A stretch of DNA of 64,000 bases from an uncultured Bacilli bacterium. Lineage in GTDB: Bacteria > Bacillota_I > Bacilli_A > RF39 > UBA660. The notes under the pieces were generated by a model. It worked only from the letters and a program-made list of their open reading frames with translations. It was not told the DNA's origin and did not search any database. How positions within the stretch are numbered: the stretch's first letter is position 1; each line of letters starts with the position of its first letter. Below are positions 29,056-38,443 of this stretch, one piece after another. The stretch spans positions 15,406 through 79,405 of the forward strand of contig CAKOUR010000009.1 of NCBI GenBank assembly GCA_934120635.1, in the 5' to 3' direction. Position numbers and translations under genes: made by a program.

Positions 29056-32000
29056 ATGATACCAATAAAGCCAGCTGATGTAACGTGGACTGATGAACAG
29101 TGGGAGGCAATTTATGAAGATCATAAGAATATTATTGTTTCTGCTGGTGCAGGTTCGGGGAAAACTGCTGTTTTAACAGAGAGGGTCATTCGTAAATTGA
29201 AAGATGGGGTTGATGTTAATCGGCTACTTATTTTGACCTTTACGAAGGCTGCTGCTGGAGAGATGGCGGATAGAATTCGAAAAAAAATTAAGAAGATTCC
29301 TGAATTAAAGGAGCAATTAGATTTATTAGATTCTGCTTATATTACTACTTTTGATAGTTTTGCTTTATCTATTGTTAAAAAATATCATTATTTATTAAAT
29401 ATTTCTCCTAGTATTGGGATTATTGATTCTAGTGTGATTACTTTGGAGAAAAGTAGAGTTATGGATGAGATATTTTTGTCTTATTATCAAGAAAAAGATG
29501 AAGATTTTTTGAAGATGATTCGTACTTTTTGTACGAAGGATGATACAGAAATTAAGAATTCTATTTTGAAAATTAGTAATCAATTAGATTTATTATCGGA
29601 TAAGAAGAAATATTTAGAAGAATATCTAGATAAGTATTATTCTGATGATCGATTAATTCGAAATGTAGAGGAATATTTTTCTCTTATTCAAGAGAAGATA
29701 GATTTTATTTTTGAGACGGTTTCTGCTATTTCTTTGCTTGATGCTGAGTATGCGATAAAGTTAGAAGAGTCTTTGGAGATGCTTAAAGAGATTCATTGTT
29801 ATAATGATATTCGTAAGTATTTAAATATTAAGTTGCCATCTGCTCCAAGGGGGAGTGAGGAAGAGTTAAAGAGTTTAAAGTCTTCTATTAGTGATGTACT
29901 TAAAGAGATAAAGAATTTGGCAGTTTATGAAGATGAAGAGGAGATTATTTCTACATTAAAGAGTACTTATGATACAGTTAAAGTAATGATAGAGATTATT
30001 TTAAAGTTTACGGATAAGATTTCTTGGTATAAAGAAGATAAGGGAGCTTATGAATTTAATGATATTGCTATTATGGCAATTGATATTGTTAAGAATTATT
30101 CTTATGTTCGGGATGAATTAAAAGAATATTTTAATGAGATTATGATAGATGAATATCAGGATACGAATGATTTGCAGGAAGAATTTATTTCCATGATTAG
30201 TAATCATAATGTTTATATGGTAGGAGATATTAAACAATCTATTTATCGTTTTAGAAATGCTAATCCTTATATTTTTAAGAATAAGTATGATTTATATAGT
30301 GAGAGTAAGATAGATAAAAAGATTGATTTGAATAAGAATTTTCGTTCTAGAAAAGAAGTATTAGAGAATATTAATGCAATTTTTACTTTAATTATGGGAG
30401 AAGAATTAGGAGGGGCTAATTATTTAGAGAGTCATCAGATGATTTTTGGTAATGGAGCTTATTTAAAGGAAGAGGCTAATCATTCTCATGAAATGGAGAT
30501 TGTTCGTTATCCTTATTCAAAAGAAGTTGGTTTTAGTAAAGATGAAATAGAAGCTTTTATTATTGCTCGTGATATTCAAGATAAAGTAAGGCATGGATAT
30601 TTGGTTTTTGATAAAGATAGTGGTATTTTGAGGAAATGTTTATATAGTGATTTTTCTATTATTATGGATAGGGCTACTACTTTTGATTTATATAAGAAAA
30701 TTTTTGGTTATTTGGGAATTCCTGTTACTTTATTAAAGAATGAAAAAATGAATGATGAGGATGATATTTTACTTATTTCTAATATTATTAAGTTGGTATT
30801 AAAACTTTCTGTAAAAGAGATAGATACGGAATTTAAATATTTATTTACTAGTATTGCTAGGAGTTTTTTGATTGGTCTTTCAGATGAGGAGATTTTTGAT
30901 TATTTTATTAAAAATACTTATATGGAAAGTGATGTGGTAGGGAAGTGTTTGAAGTTGGTAAGGACTCTTCCTTATACGACACCTCATCAACTTATTGATG
31001 ATATTATAGATAGTTTTTCTTTTTATGAGAAATATATTACTATTGGGAATGTTGAAGGTGGTATTGTTAAGTTAGCTAAAATTCGTGAGATAGCGATTAA
31101 TTTGGAGAGTTTAGGGTATTCAGTAAAGGATTTTTCTCTTTATTTATCTGAACTTTTAGAAAATGGAATTGAAATGCAATATGAAGTTAGTGATAATGGG
31201 GCTACTTCGGTTAAGTTGATGACTATTCATAAATCAAAAGGTTTAGAGTATCCTGTTTGTTATTTTAGTGGATTATATAAAAAGTTTAATATTAGTGATT
31301 TGAAAGAAAGGTTTTTATATGATAAGAATTATGGGATAATTACTCCTTATTTTCAAGAGGGAATAGGAGAGGTAATTTGGAAAGATTTAGTTAGAGATTG
31401 TTATTTAAAAGAAGAAATTAGCGAGAAGATTCGATTATTTTATGTTGCTTTAACGAGAGCACGTGAGAAGATGATTATGATTGTTCCTGAAAATGATAAG
31501 TTGAGAGATTTTTCTCAGGTAACAGTTTTAGAGGATTCTGTGAAAAAGAATTTTCGTACATTAGAAGATATGTTGGATTTTATTTCTTTTCGACTTTCTT
31601 CTTATGAGAAAAAGATATCTTTAGAGGATATTCACTTAACTAAGGACTATGCTTATTTAAAGAAAAGTAATTATCAGGAATCTCTTAGTAAAAAGAAAAA
31701 AGAAATTGAAGTATTTTCTTATTCATTTTCTCAGGATGAAGTGGAAAGTAAAAGTTTTTCTAAGAAGAATCATGAAGTGATTAGTAAGAATCAGTATGAA
31801 CTCATGAAACTTGGTACTATGGTACATGAATATTTGGAATTTTTTGATTTTAAGAATCCTTGTATTGAGAAAATAGAAAATAAAGAGGTACAGGAAATAA
31901 TCAAGAGACTTCTTAAGTGTTCAATATTTCAAAATATAGATAAGGCAAAAGTTTATCAAGAGTATGAATTTATTGATGAAGAGGGAAATCAAGAATTACA

Positions 32001-32202
32001 TGGGATTATTGATTTGATGCTTGTGTATGAAGATCATATTGATATTATTGATTATAAGTTATCTAATATTTATGATGATGATTATGATGAACAATTAAAT
32101 GGCTATTACAAGTATATTCAGAAGAAGACAGATAAGAAAATTCATCTTTACTTATATTCATTAATTAGTGGGGAATATAGAGAAGTAAAGAAAGTAGATT
32201 AG
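29056..32202 (+). CDS. addA: ATP-dependent helicase/nuclease subunit AddA (RexA)
   Basis: UvrD-type motifs AGAGSGKT, DEYQDTN and TIHKSKGLE. C-terminal RecB-type nuclease GIIDLMLVYEDHIDIIDYK. The start is moved to the ATG at 29056 after AAGGGAGG. Confidence 0.9.
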   Translation: MIPIKPADVTWTDEQWEAIYEDHKNIIVSAGAGSGKTAVLTERVIRKLKDGVDVNRLLILTFTKAAAGEMADRIRKKIKKIPELKEQLDLLDSAYITTFDSFALSIVKKYHYLLNISPSIGIIDSSVITLEKSRVMDEIFLSYYQEKDEDFLKMIRTFCTKDDTEIKNSILKISNQLDLLSDKKKYLEEYLDKYYSDDRLIRNVEEYFSLIQEKIDFIFETVSAISLLDAEYAIKLEESLEMLKEIHCYNDIRKYLNIKLPSAPRGSEEELKSLKSSISDVLKEIKNLAVYEDEEEIISTLKSTYDTVKVMIEIILKFTDKISWYKEDKGAYEFNDIAIMAIDIVKNYSYVRDELKEYFNEIMIDEYQDTNDLQEEFISMISNHNVYMVGDIKQSIYRFRNANPYIFKNKYDLYSESKIDKKIDLNKNFRSRKEVLENINAIFTLIMGEELGGANYLESHQMIFGNGAYLKEEANHSHEMEIVRYPYSKEVGFSKDEIEAFIIARDIQDKVRHGYLVFDKDSGILRKCLYSDFSIIMDRATTFDLYKKIFGYLGIPVTLLKNEKMNDEDDILLISNIIKLVLKLSVKEIDTEFKYLFTSIARSFLIGLSDEEIFDYFIKNTYMESDVVGKCLKLVRTLPYTTPHQLIDDIIDSFSFYEKYITIGNVEGGIVKLAKIREIAINLESLGYSVKDFSLYLSELLENGIEMQYEVSDNGATSVKLMTIHKSKGLEYPVCYFSGLYKKFNISDLKERFLYDKNYGIITPYFQEGIGEVIWKDLVRDCYLKEEISEKIRLFYVALTRAREKMIMIVPENDKLRDFSQVTVLEDSVKKNFRTLEDMLDFISFRLSSYEKKISLEDIHLTKDYAYLKKSNYQESLSKKKKEIEVFSYSFSQDEVESKSFSKKNHEVISKNQYELMKLGTMVHEYLEFFDFKNPCIEKIENKEVQEIIKRLLKCSIFQNIDKAKVYQEYEFIDEEGNQELHGIIDLMLVYEDHIDIIDYKLSNIYDDDYDEQLNGYYKYIQKKTDKKIHLYLYSLISGEYREVKKVD

Positions 32203-32240
32203 AGGATTAAAAATGATTAGAAAAATTTGGGAGAAGAAAA

Positions 32241-32576
32241 ATGAGTAAGTATATTATTGTAAGAACTTATTGTGATAGTTTAGATATTTCTAATAAAATT
32301 ATCTCTTGTTTATTAGAAAAGAGATTAGTTGCTGGTAGTCAAATTGTTACTATTACTTCAGAATATTGGTGGAATAATGAAAAAAGAAAAAAAGAGGAAT
32401 TTCAATTATCTTTTCGAAGTAGATATGATTTATTTACTACAATTAAGAAAGAGATTTTAAATAGTCATTCGTATGAAGTACCAGAAATTTCTTGTACAGA
32501 AATATTAGATGGTAATCAAGAATTCTTTGATTGGATTGATAAAGAAGTAGAGAAGGGTGTTTTTAAATGTGACTAG
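32241..32576 (+). CDS. cutA: divalent-cation tolerance protein CutA
   Basis: 111 aa. Matches the CutA1 pattern (LVAGSQI...SEYWWNNE...E...L.F.S). Confidence 0.7.
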   Translation: MSKYIIVRTYCDSLDISNKIISCLLEKRLVAGSQIVTITSEYWWNNEKRKKEEFQLSFRSRYDLFTTIKKEILNSHSYEVPEISCTEILDGNQEFFDWIDKEVEKGVFKCD

Positions 32577-33195
32577 AATAAAAAATATTGTTTTTGATAT
32601 TGGAAATGTAATTCTTCATTTTGATTTAGATGAAGTTCTTCCTCACTTTGCTTCTAATGAGGAGGAAAAGAATTTTTTACTTCAGGAAGTTATTCATTCT
32701 CCAGAGTGGCTTTCTTATGCTTTAATTGATACGGGTTTTCTTTCTAGGGGGCATGCAATTTCTATTGTAGAGGATAGAACAAATCATAAAAATGATTCAT
32801 TAATAGAAAAATTTTGGTATCATTATAATGAATATAGTTTTATTGATGATAAAGTACTTTGTTTGATTTTAAATTTAAAAAAGAAGGGGTATTCTATTTA
32901 TTTGCTTTCTAATATTAATGAGTATACATTTAAATCTATTTATGATAGTAAATTATTTGATATAGTAGATGGATATGTATTGTCTTATCTTGAACATCAG
33001 GTAAAGCCATATAAATCTATTTATTTGACTTTGTTAGATAGATTTAAATTAAAACCAAATGAATGTTTATTTATTGATGATAATAAGAAGAATGTTGAAA
33101 CTGCTAGAGATTTAGGAATGATAGGTGAGGTAGTTACTCCTGACTCTTATGATAGTATTGTTGGTGTTTTAGAGAAAAATAAAATTAATGTTTAA
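32557..33195 (+). CDS. HAD-superfamily hydrolase
   Basis: HAD motifs I FDIGNV, II LLSN and IV FIDDN. The start is uncertain: GTG at 32557 or GTG at 32569. Confidence 0.75.
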   Translation: MFLNVTRIKNIVFDIGNVILHFDLDEVLPHFASNEEEKNFLLQEVIHSPEWLSYALIDTGFLSRGHAISIVEDRTNHKNDSLIEKFWYHYNEYSFIDDKVLCLILNLKKKGYSIYLLSNINEYTFKSIYDSKLFDIVDGYVLSYLEHQVKPYKSIYLTLLDRFKLKPNECLFIDDNKKNVETARDLGMIGEVVTPDSYDSIVGVLEKNKINV

Positions 33196-33196
33196 T

Positions 33197-33252
33197 AAAA
33201 TACTTATTTAGTTTATTCTTTTTATAAAGAGAAGACTAGATAAGTATTTTTT
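33197..33252 (+). terminator. long-stem rho-independent terminator; homologous copy at 58372-58432
   Basis: About 25-bp stem AAAATACTTATTTAGTTTATTCTTT / AAAGAGAAGACTAGATAAGTATTTT (three G-U pairs, one mismatch), followed by TTTTTT. Confidence 0.8.
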
Positions 33253-33265
33253 GTGATAAAGGTGT

Positions 33266-33294
33266 TTGCAATGTTAGGGTTAGTATGCTATACT
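33266..33294 (+). promoter_or_regulatory. sigma-A promoter of module A (A1-A7 operon)
   Basis: TTGCAA (33266-33271), 17-nt spacer, TGcTATACT extended -10 (33286-33294). Confidence 0.65.
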
Positions 33295-33327
33295 TAAATA
33301 GAAGAAGGTAGGAGAGGTATGTAGGTT

Positions 33328-33813
33328 ATGAAAAAGAGTTTTAGTCATGTAATCATTATTGTTTATATTTTGTTAGCGGTATTTATTACGATATGTTTAT
33401 TATCTTATAATGATTATAATACAACAGAGTTTGGTAATAAGACAGTTGTTATTGTGAAGAATGATAAGACTGGTAAGTATAAGAAGGGGGATTTGTTGAT
33501 TGTTTCTTCTGAAAATACTTATAGGGAAGGTATGCAAGTGTTTTATTATGTTTCTAGGGGAAAGAGTTATTATATTCAAGTTGGGAATGTTAATGAGGTA
33601 AATAAAGATAGTGTTGTTGTTGATAATACTGTTATTGATAAGAAGTTTTTGATAGGATGTGATAATGATGTTAAGGCTATTCCTTTTGTTGGTAGTGTTT
33701 TAGCATTGTTGGAATCTAAGTGGGGTTATTTAGGAATTATTATTTTTCCTGTTTTAGGGGCTTTTTTATATGAAGTATATTCTATTTTAAAAGAGTTGAG
33801 GCGAGTAAGATAG
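33328..33813 (+). CDS. A1: signal-peptidase-I (SipW-type)-like membrane protein lacking the catalytic Ser and His (pseudo-peptidase)
   Basis: Same architecture as A6/B4: N-terminal TM, beta core with KKGDLLIV, C-terminal TM. VKNDKTGKY replaces SGSMEP and YIQVGNV replaces THRV. It is a paralogue of B2. Confidence 0.6.
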   Translation: MKKSFSHVIIIVYILLAVFITICLLSYNDYNTTEFGNKTVVIVKNDKTGKYKKGDLLIVSSENTYREGMQVFYYVSRGKSYYIQVGNVNEVNKDSVVVDNTVIDKKFLIGCDNDVKAIPFVGSVLALLESKWGYLGIIIFPVLGAFLYEVYSILKELRRVR

Positions 33814-33817
33814 GGAT

Positions 33818-34780
33818 ATGTTTAAGAGGATAAAGAATTGTTTAGTAATTAGAAAAGATGGCGTATGGAATTATAAAAGAATTATTATTTTTTCTATAGT
33901 TTTATTGATTGTTATAGGTAGTAGTGCTAGTTATGCTAAGTATGCTTATTTAGATATTAAAAATTATTATTTGGAGATGAAGGGCTTTTATTTTAATTGT
34001 GATAAGTTATCTAATAAGGGGGCTAATATAGAGATGACTAACTGGTCTGGGGTTGGTGATTATGAGATAACTTTTAATATGGATAGTCTTAGTAATAGAA
34101 ATTTGAAGAATAGTGATGATGTTTATTATGATATTAGTTATGAATGTTCTTCTAATGTTGTTTGTAGTATTAAGGATAATAAAACTAGTGGAATGATTCC
34201 TCATGATAGTAATCAAGATAGTTTTACTGTTGTTATTACTGTTCCTACTTCTGTTACTTTACATGATAAAGATAGTGTTACTTTGAAGGTTGTTGCTACT
34301 TCGACTTCACCTTATCGAAAGAAATTGGTTGGTAGTTTTAAATTAGTTGTTGGGTATTATGGACTTAGTTATGAGATAAGTGATAAGGTAGGAAGTCCAT
34401 ATTTGGAGGCTAAGGTTACTAATACATTGGACTATTATGTTGTAAGAGAGGCTTTTTCTAATTATAAGGTTAATACTCATATTGATATTCCTACTTATTT
34501 AGGATTGGATGATTTAGATAAGAAAAAATGTTCTTCAGCAATTATTACTTTTGATTTTAATCCTGATTATATTATTTTGGATATGACGGATGAGGCATAT
34601 TTGTCGGGAATTAGTAGTTCTACAAAAAGAATTGGGAACTATGATTATATTAATTCACTTTCTTTTTCAATTGATGCTTTATCAAGTATGCAAGTTAAGT
34701 TTTATAAGAAAGATACTAAGTTAAATTATACTTATCCTAATATAGATAATAATTCTATTATTAAGGTTTCATATAGTTAG
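33818..34780 (+). CDS. A2: secreted protein with a SipW/TasA-class signal peptide (class 'FY..D', paralogue of B5)
   Basis: Hydrophobic core followed by SSASYAKYAYLD, then KGFYFNCD (compare B5 IAFYLLD). The rest is beta-rich. Confidence 0.6.
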   Translation: MFKRIKNCLVIRKDGVWNYKRIIIFSIVLLIVIGSSASYAKYAYLDIKNYYLEMKGFYFNCDKLSNKGANIEMTNWSGVGDYEITFNMDSLSNRNLKNSDDVYYDISYECSSNVVCSIKDNKTSGMIPHDSNQDSFTVVITVPTSVTLHDKDSVTLKVVATSTSPYRKKLVGSFKLVVGYYGLSYEISDKVGSPYLEAKVTNTLDYYVVREAFSNYKVNTHIDIPTYLGLDDLDKKKCSSAIITFDFNPDYIILDMTDEAYLSGISSSTKRIGNYDYINSLSFSIDALSSMQVKFYKKDTKLNYTYPNIDNNSIIKVSYS

Positions 34781-34795
34781 AAAAGAGGATTTTTT

Positions 34796-35755
34796 ATGGA
34801 TGTTATTAATACTTATGTAGAATTTCGCCTTAGTAATTTTACTATTTATGCAAAGATGATTATGGGTAAGTATTTTGATCAAAATATATTTAATTTATAT
34901 TTAGATAGATATAAGATGGTTAGATATTATAATCAAGAAATAACTAGGAAGAGTACATTAGAGGCTACTTTAAATGCTTCTTTAGAAGAGATATATTTAA
35001 AAAATAATAGTGATGTTTCTAAATTTATTTTTGAATTATTTAAGATGTTTTATTATTTAGATGGTGTAAAAAAATTTAGGGGTAATAAGAATTTGAAAAG
35101 TTTTGTTTTAGAACTTGATGTTATTCGAAGAGAAAAATTAGGTTTTATAGATGATGAGTTTGTTTCTTCTTTTATGAAGGTTGTTTTGGATAACGAAAAG
35201 AGAAGTAGTCGCTATTTTAATAGATTTTCTTCTAATGATTTTTCTTTACAATGTAAAAAGATTAGGGGTGAGGATATTTATTTAGTTAATTTGTTGAATA
35301 ATATTGAGATACCTAGTCTTTATAGTGAGTATGCTATTGATAAAGTACTTAATGAGTCTAGAGTTTCTGTTGATATTTTATTTGTTCTTTATTATTTAAT
35401 TAGTATTTGTTTTTTAAAGGATATTGTAAAGGGAAATTTTAAGAAGAAGTATTTACTTGATTTTTCGGTAAAGATATTTTCTTCTTTGGAGAAAAGGCAG
35501 AAGTTTTTAAAAATATTTGATGATGATATTACTAAGGAGAATTTTATATTTAAAATTGATCCTATAGCTTTTCTTAGTTATGAAGAGGAAATTTGTTCTC
35601 TTATTCATGAGGGATATTCTTTTGGACTTATAATTAATTCTGATGATCAATATAATATGATTAAGAATAAGAATTTAGATTATTTTTCGTATTTATTTCT
35701 TGATAAGAAATTAGAGGGGTTGATAAGTGATAGTGATTTATATATTTTAATATAG
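34796..35755 (+). CDS. A3: cytoplasmic protein, possibly a degenerate EAL-like domain
   Basis: No TM segment or signal. LELDVIRREKLGFIDDEFVSSF, FIFKIDP and EGYSFGLIINSDDQ...YLFLDKKL follow the order of the EAL-domain motifs (EAL.R..G.isP.eFi / lEitE / G..ialDDFG / KiD), but with the catalytic residues replaced. Confidence 0.3.
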   Translation: MDVINTYVEFRLSNFTIYAKMIMGKYFDQNIFNLYLDRYKMVRYYNQEITRKSTLEATLNASLEEIYLKNNSDVSKFIFELFKMFYYLDGVKKFRGNKNLKSFVLELDVIRREKLGFIDDEFVSSFMKVVLDNEKRSSRYFNRFSSNDFSLQCKKIRGEDIYLVNLLNNIEIPSLYSEYAIDKVLNESRVSVDILFVLYYLISICFLKDIVKGNFKKKYLLDFSVKIFSSLEKRQKFLKIFDDDITKENFIFKIDPIAFLSYEEEICSLIHEGYSFGLIINSDDQYNMIKNKNLDYFSYLFLDKKLEGLISDSDLYILI

Positions 35756-35770
35756 GAAGGAAGTTTTAGG

Positions 35771-37294
35771 GTGCAGACGTATTTGAGGTTTTTATATGAA
35801 TTTTTGATGCAATTTTTTATTGGAATTAAGACTATTGTTTTTGGGATAGTTAATGGTGTTAAAGAAATTTTTAATATTTCTTCTTATATTAAGATTATTA
35901 ATTTTTATAAGGATGATTTTAATGGTCCTGAATGGGTTTTTGTTGTTATTGCTATTATATTATTGATTGTTCTTGTGTTAGCTATTTTTTTAATTATTTT
36001 CTTTTTGATTAAAAAATATTTAAGATTTAGAAAGACTTTGGTAGAGCAAGAAGATTTGTTGGAGGAAGTTGCTACTTTAAATAATGAGGTGTCTAGTTTG
36101 GTTAAGGAGAAAGAGAGTATTTTAGCAATGAAGGTTTCTCATTTGGGATTAAAACCTTCTGAACTAGATGAAGAGGATGATGATACTAGTAATGATAATA
36201 CTTCTAATGGTGAGGAATATCGTTTTCCTAAGTTACATTCTATAGATGAGGCTTATCTTAATTATAAGATTAAGAATTATAATAATAATTTTACTTTACC
36301 TGAGTTAGTAGAAGATTTTAGAAATTTTGCTGCTTCACATTTAAAACTTTATTATAAGACAGAGATGATTAGATTGTTTATTTCGGCTTTAGCGTCGACA
36401 AAGCTGGTTATTTTGCAAGGTATTTCTGGTACTGGTAAGACTTCGCTTGCTTATGCTTGGGGAAAGTTTTTAAAGCATGATTCTTGTGTTGCGTCTGTAC
36501 AGCCATCTTGGAGAGATAGAACTGAGTTATTTGGTTATTTTAATGAATTTACGAAGAAGTTTAATGAAACTGAAGTTTTGAAAGAGATGTATTTAGCTGG
36601 TTACACGGATGATGTTTATACGGTTATTTTGGATGAAATGAATATTTCTAGGGTTGAATATTATTTTGCAGAGATGTTATCTATTCTAGAAATGCCTAAT
36701 AAGGATGAATGGATTGTTGAACTAGTTAGTGCTAGTTGGAAAAATGATCCTAAGAATATTATTGATGGTAAGTTAAAGATACCCCCTAATATGTGGTATA
36801 TTGGGACTATTAATAATGATGATTCTACTTTTATGGTAACAGATAAAGTTTATGATAGAGCAATGCCTCTCGATATTAATGATAAGGGGCAAGTTTTTGA
36901 ACCTAAGGATGTTCCTGCTCAGGATATTAATTATACTTATCTTGATAAGTTGTTTCAAGAGGCTATTAATGATAATCAAATTAGTCAAGAAACTTTAGAT
37001 AAGATAGAGATTATGGATGATTATGTTATTAAGCATTTTAGAATTGCTTTTGGTAATAGAATTGTTGCTCATATGAAGAAGTTTGTTCCTGTTTATGTTG
37101 CTTGTGGTGGAGAAGAAGTAGATGGTGTTGATTATTTTTTAGCAAGAAAGGTTCTTCGAAAGTTTGAACAATTGAATGTATCTTATATTAGGGATGAAAT
37201 AGATGGATATATTGAATTTTTAGATAAAACTTTTGGTAAGGGTAAGATGAAAGAATGTGAAGAGTATTTACTTAGACTTAAGAAATTAACTTAA
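35771..37294 (+). CDS. A4: membrane-anchored McrB-like AAA+ (GTPase-type) protein
   Basis: GTG start after AGGAAGGAAG. N-terminal hydrophobic segments (WVFVVIAIILLIVLVLAIFLIIFFLI), a coiled coil and an acidic linker. Then Walker A GISGTGKTS (36419-36445), VQPSWRDRTELFGYF, Walker B VILDEMNISRVEYYFAEMLSILE and YIGTINNDDST. These are colinear with E. coli McrB motifs GPPGVGKT / VQFHQSYSYEDFIQGY / FIIDEINRANLSKVFGE / IIGLMNTADRS. Confidence 0.7.
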   Translation: MQTYLRFLYEFLMQFFIGIKTIVFGIVNGVKEIFNISSYIKIINFYKDDFNGPEWVFVVIAIILLIVLVLAIFLIIFFLIKKYLRFRKTLVEQEDLLEEVATLNNEVSSLVKEKESILAMKVSHLGLKPSELDEEDDDTSNDNTSNGEEYRFPKLHSIDEAYLNYKIKNYNNNFTLPELVEDFRNFAASHLKLYYKTEMIRLFISALASTKLVILQGISGTGKTSLAYAWGKFLKHDSCVASVQPSWRDRTELFGYFNEFTKKFNETEVLKEMYLAGYTDDVYTVILDEMNISRVEYYFAEMLSILEMPNKDEWIVELVSASWKNDPKNIIDGKLKIPPNMWYIGTINNDDSTFMVTDKVYDRAMPLDINDKGQVFEPKDVPAQDINYTYLDKLFQEAINDNQISQETLDKIEIMDDYVIKHFRIAFGNRIVAHMKKFVPVYVACGGEEVDGVDYFLARKVLRKFEQLNVSYIRDEIDGYIEFLDKTFGKGKMKECEEYLLRLKKLT

Positions 37295-37312
37295 TGGGAG
37301 GGAGCGATTTTT

Positions 37313-38422
37313 ATGGGTTTGGAGGTTATTGATTTATATCAAAAGACAAATAGTAAGAGTACTAGGGGTTTTTTGGATAAAATTGATTCTAATTTAAATG
37401 TTAAGAGTGATTATGAGAAGGTTGATTCTAATTTAGAATGGCTTACTAAAATGGAGGATACTATTTATTATTTAGATAATATTTTAAGAAATCCTAATCG
37501 ATTTATTGTTAATGAGGAGGATATTGTTAAGATTGAATTGGCAAGAAGAGTTACGGTTGAGAGTATTAAGCATTTATCTAGGAATACAAATTTAATTCAA
37601 GATTATGATCGAAAAACGGGAAATGTTAGACCTTCTAAAATACTTAATATTAATAAAGAAGAGAGTTTTAATACTTATGAAAATCGTTTTATTTATAGTT
37701 TAATTCAGAATATGAGGGGCTTTATTGCTAGAAAGAAGCAGGCTGGTATTGTACCTAGTAGTATTCGTGATGATAAAGTATTAGAGTATAATGCTAGTAC
37801 AGTGATTGGAAAAGAAAAAGTTAAAATGTCAATGCAGCTTAATTCTAAACTTGATGAAGAAGGTTCTAATGCATCGGCTGATGAGATTAGTAAGAGGATT
37901 GAAAAGTTAGAGTTACAGATATCAGATTTGATGAATAGTGATGTTTATAAGACTTTGGCAAAACTTCATGTAGCTCTTGTTACTTCTCCAATAAAAAAGA
38001 CAAATGTTATTTTAAAAAATGTTAATTTTCAATATGCTGAAAAATTATGGAATTATATGCAAGAAGAGTTAATGAATGAACCTGGTGTTTTTAGGAAAAA
38101 GAAGAATTATCAGGATAAGGGAAGTTTGAAGTCTAATTTTGATGAAACTTTTTTGCTTAATTATTTAATTATGAATAAGATGGATAATAAGAAACTTACC
38201 ATAGAGGAAAAGGAAGAGGTTTCTTCTAAAATTACTTATGGTATGATAGAGGAATTAATGAAGTTAAATGAAAATATTAGTGAAGAAGAGTTAAAGAAGA
38301 TGGTTTCTTTACAGTATGGAAAGATTAAATATAAGCAAGTTGTTAGTAATAGGAAAATTATAGATATTTATATTAAACATATAAATAAGTATTTAAAGAA
38401 AATAGAGAGTATAGAAATATAG
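37313..38422 (+). CDS. A5: McrC N-terminal/DUF2357-like protein without a recognisable PD-(D/E)xK nuclease
   Basis: LRNPNRFIVNEEDIVKIELARRVTVESIKHLSRN...FNTYENRFIYSLIQNM resembles the region upstream of the nuclease in McrC/DUF2357-DUF524 proteins (the ..tpENRF.. motif, from memory). The C-terminal half is coiled-coil-rich. Confidence 0.4.
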   Translation: MGLEVIDLYQKTNSKSTRGFLDKIDSNLNVKSDYEKVDSNLEWLTKMEDTIYYLDNILRNPNRFIVNEEDIVKIELARRVTVESIKHLSRNTNLIQDYDRKTGNVRPSKILNINKEESFNTYENRFIYSLIQNMRGFIARKKQAGIVPSSIRDDKVLEYNASTVIGKEKVKMSMQLNSKLDEEGSNASADEISKRIEKLELQISDLMNSDVYKTLAKLHVALVTSPIKKTNVILKNVNFQYAEKLWNYMQEELMNEPGVFRKKKNYQDKGSLKSNFDETFLLNYLIMNKMDNKKLTIEEKEEVSSKITYGMIEELMKLNENISEEELKKMVSLQYGKIKYKQVVSNRKIIDIYIKHINKYLKKIESIEI

Positions 38423-38443
38423 GATAGATATGGTTGGTGGAGT

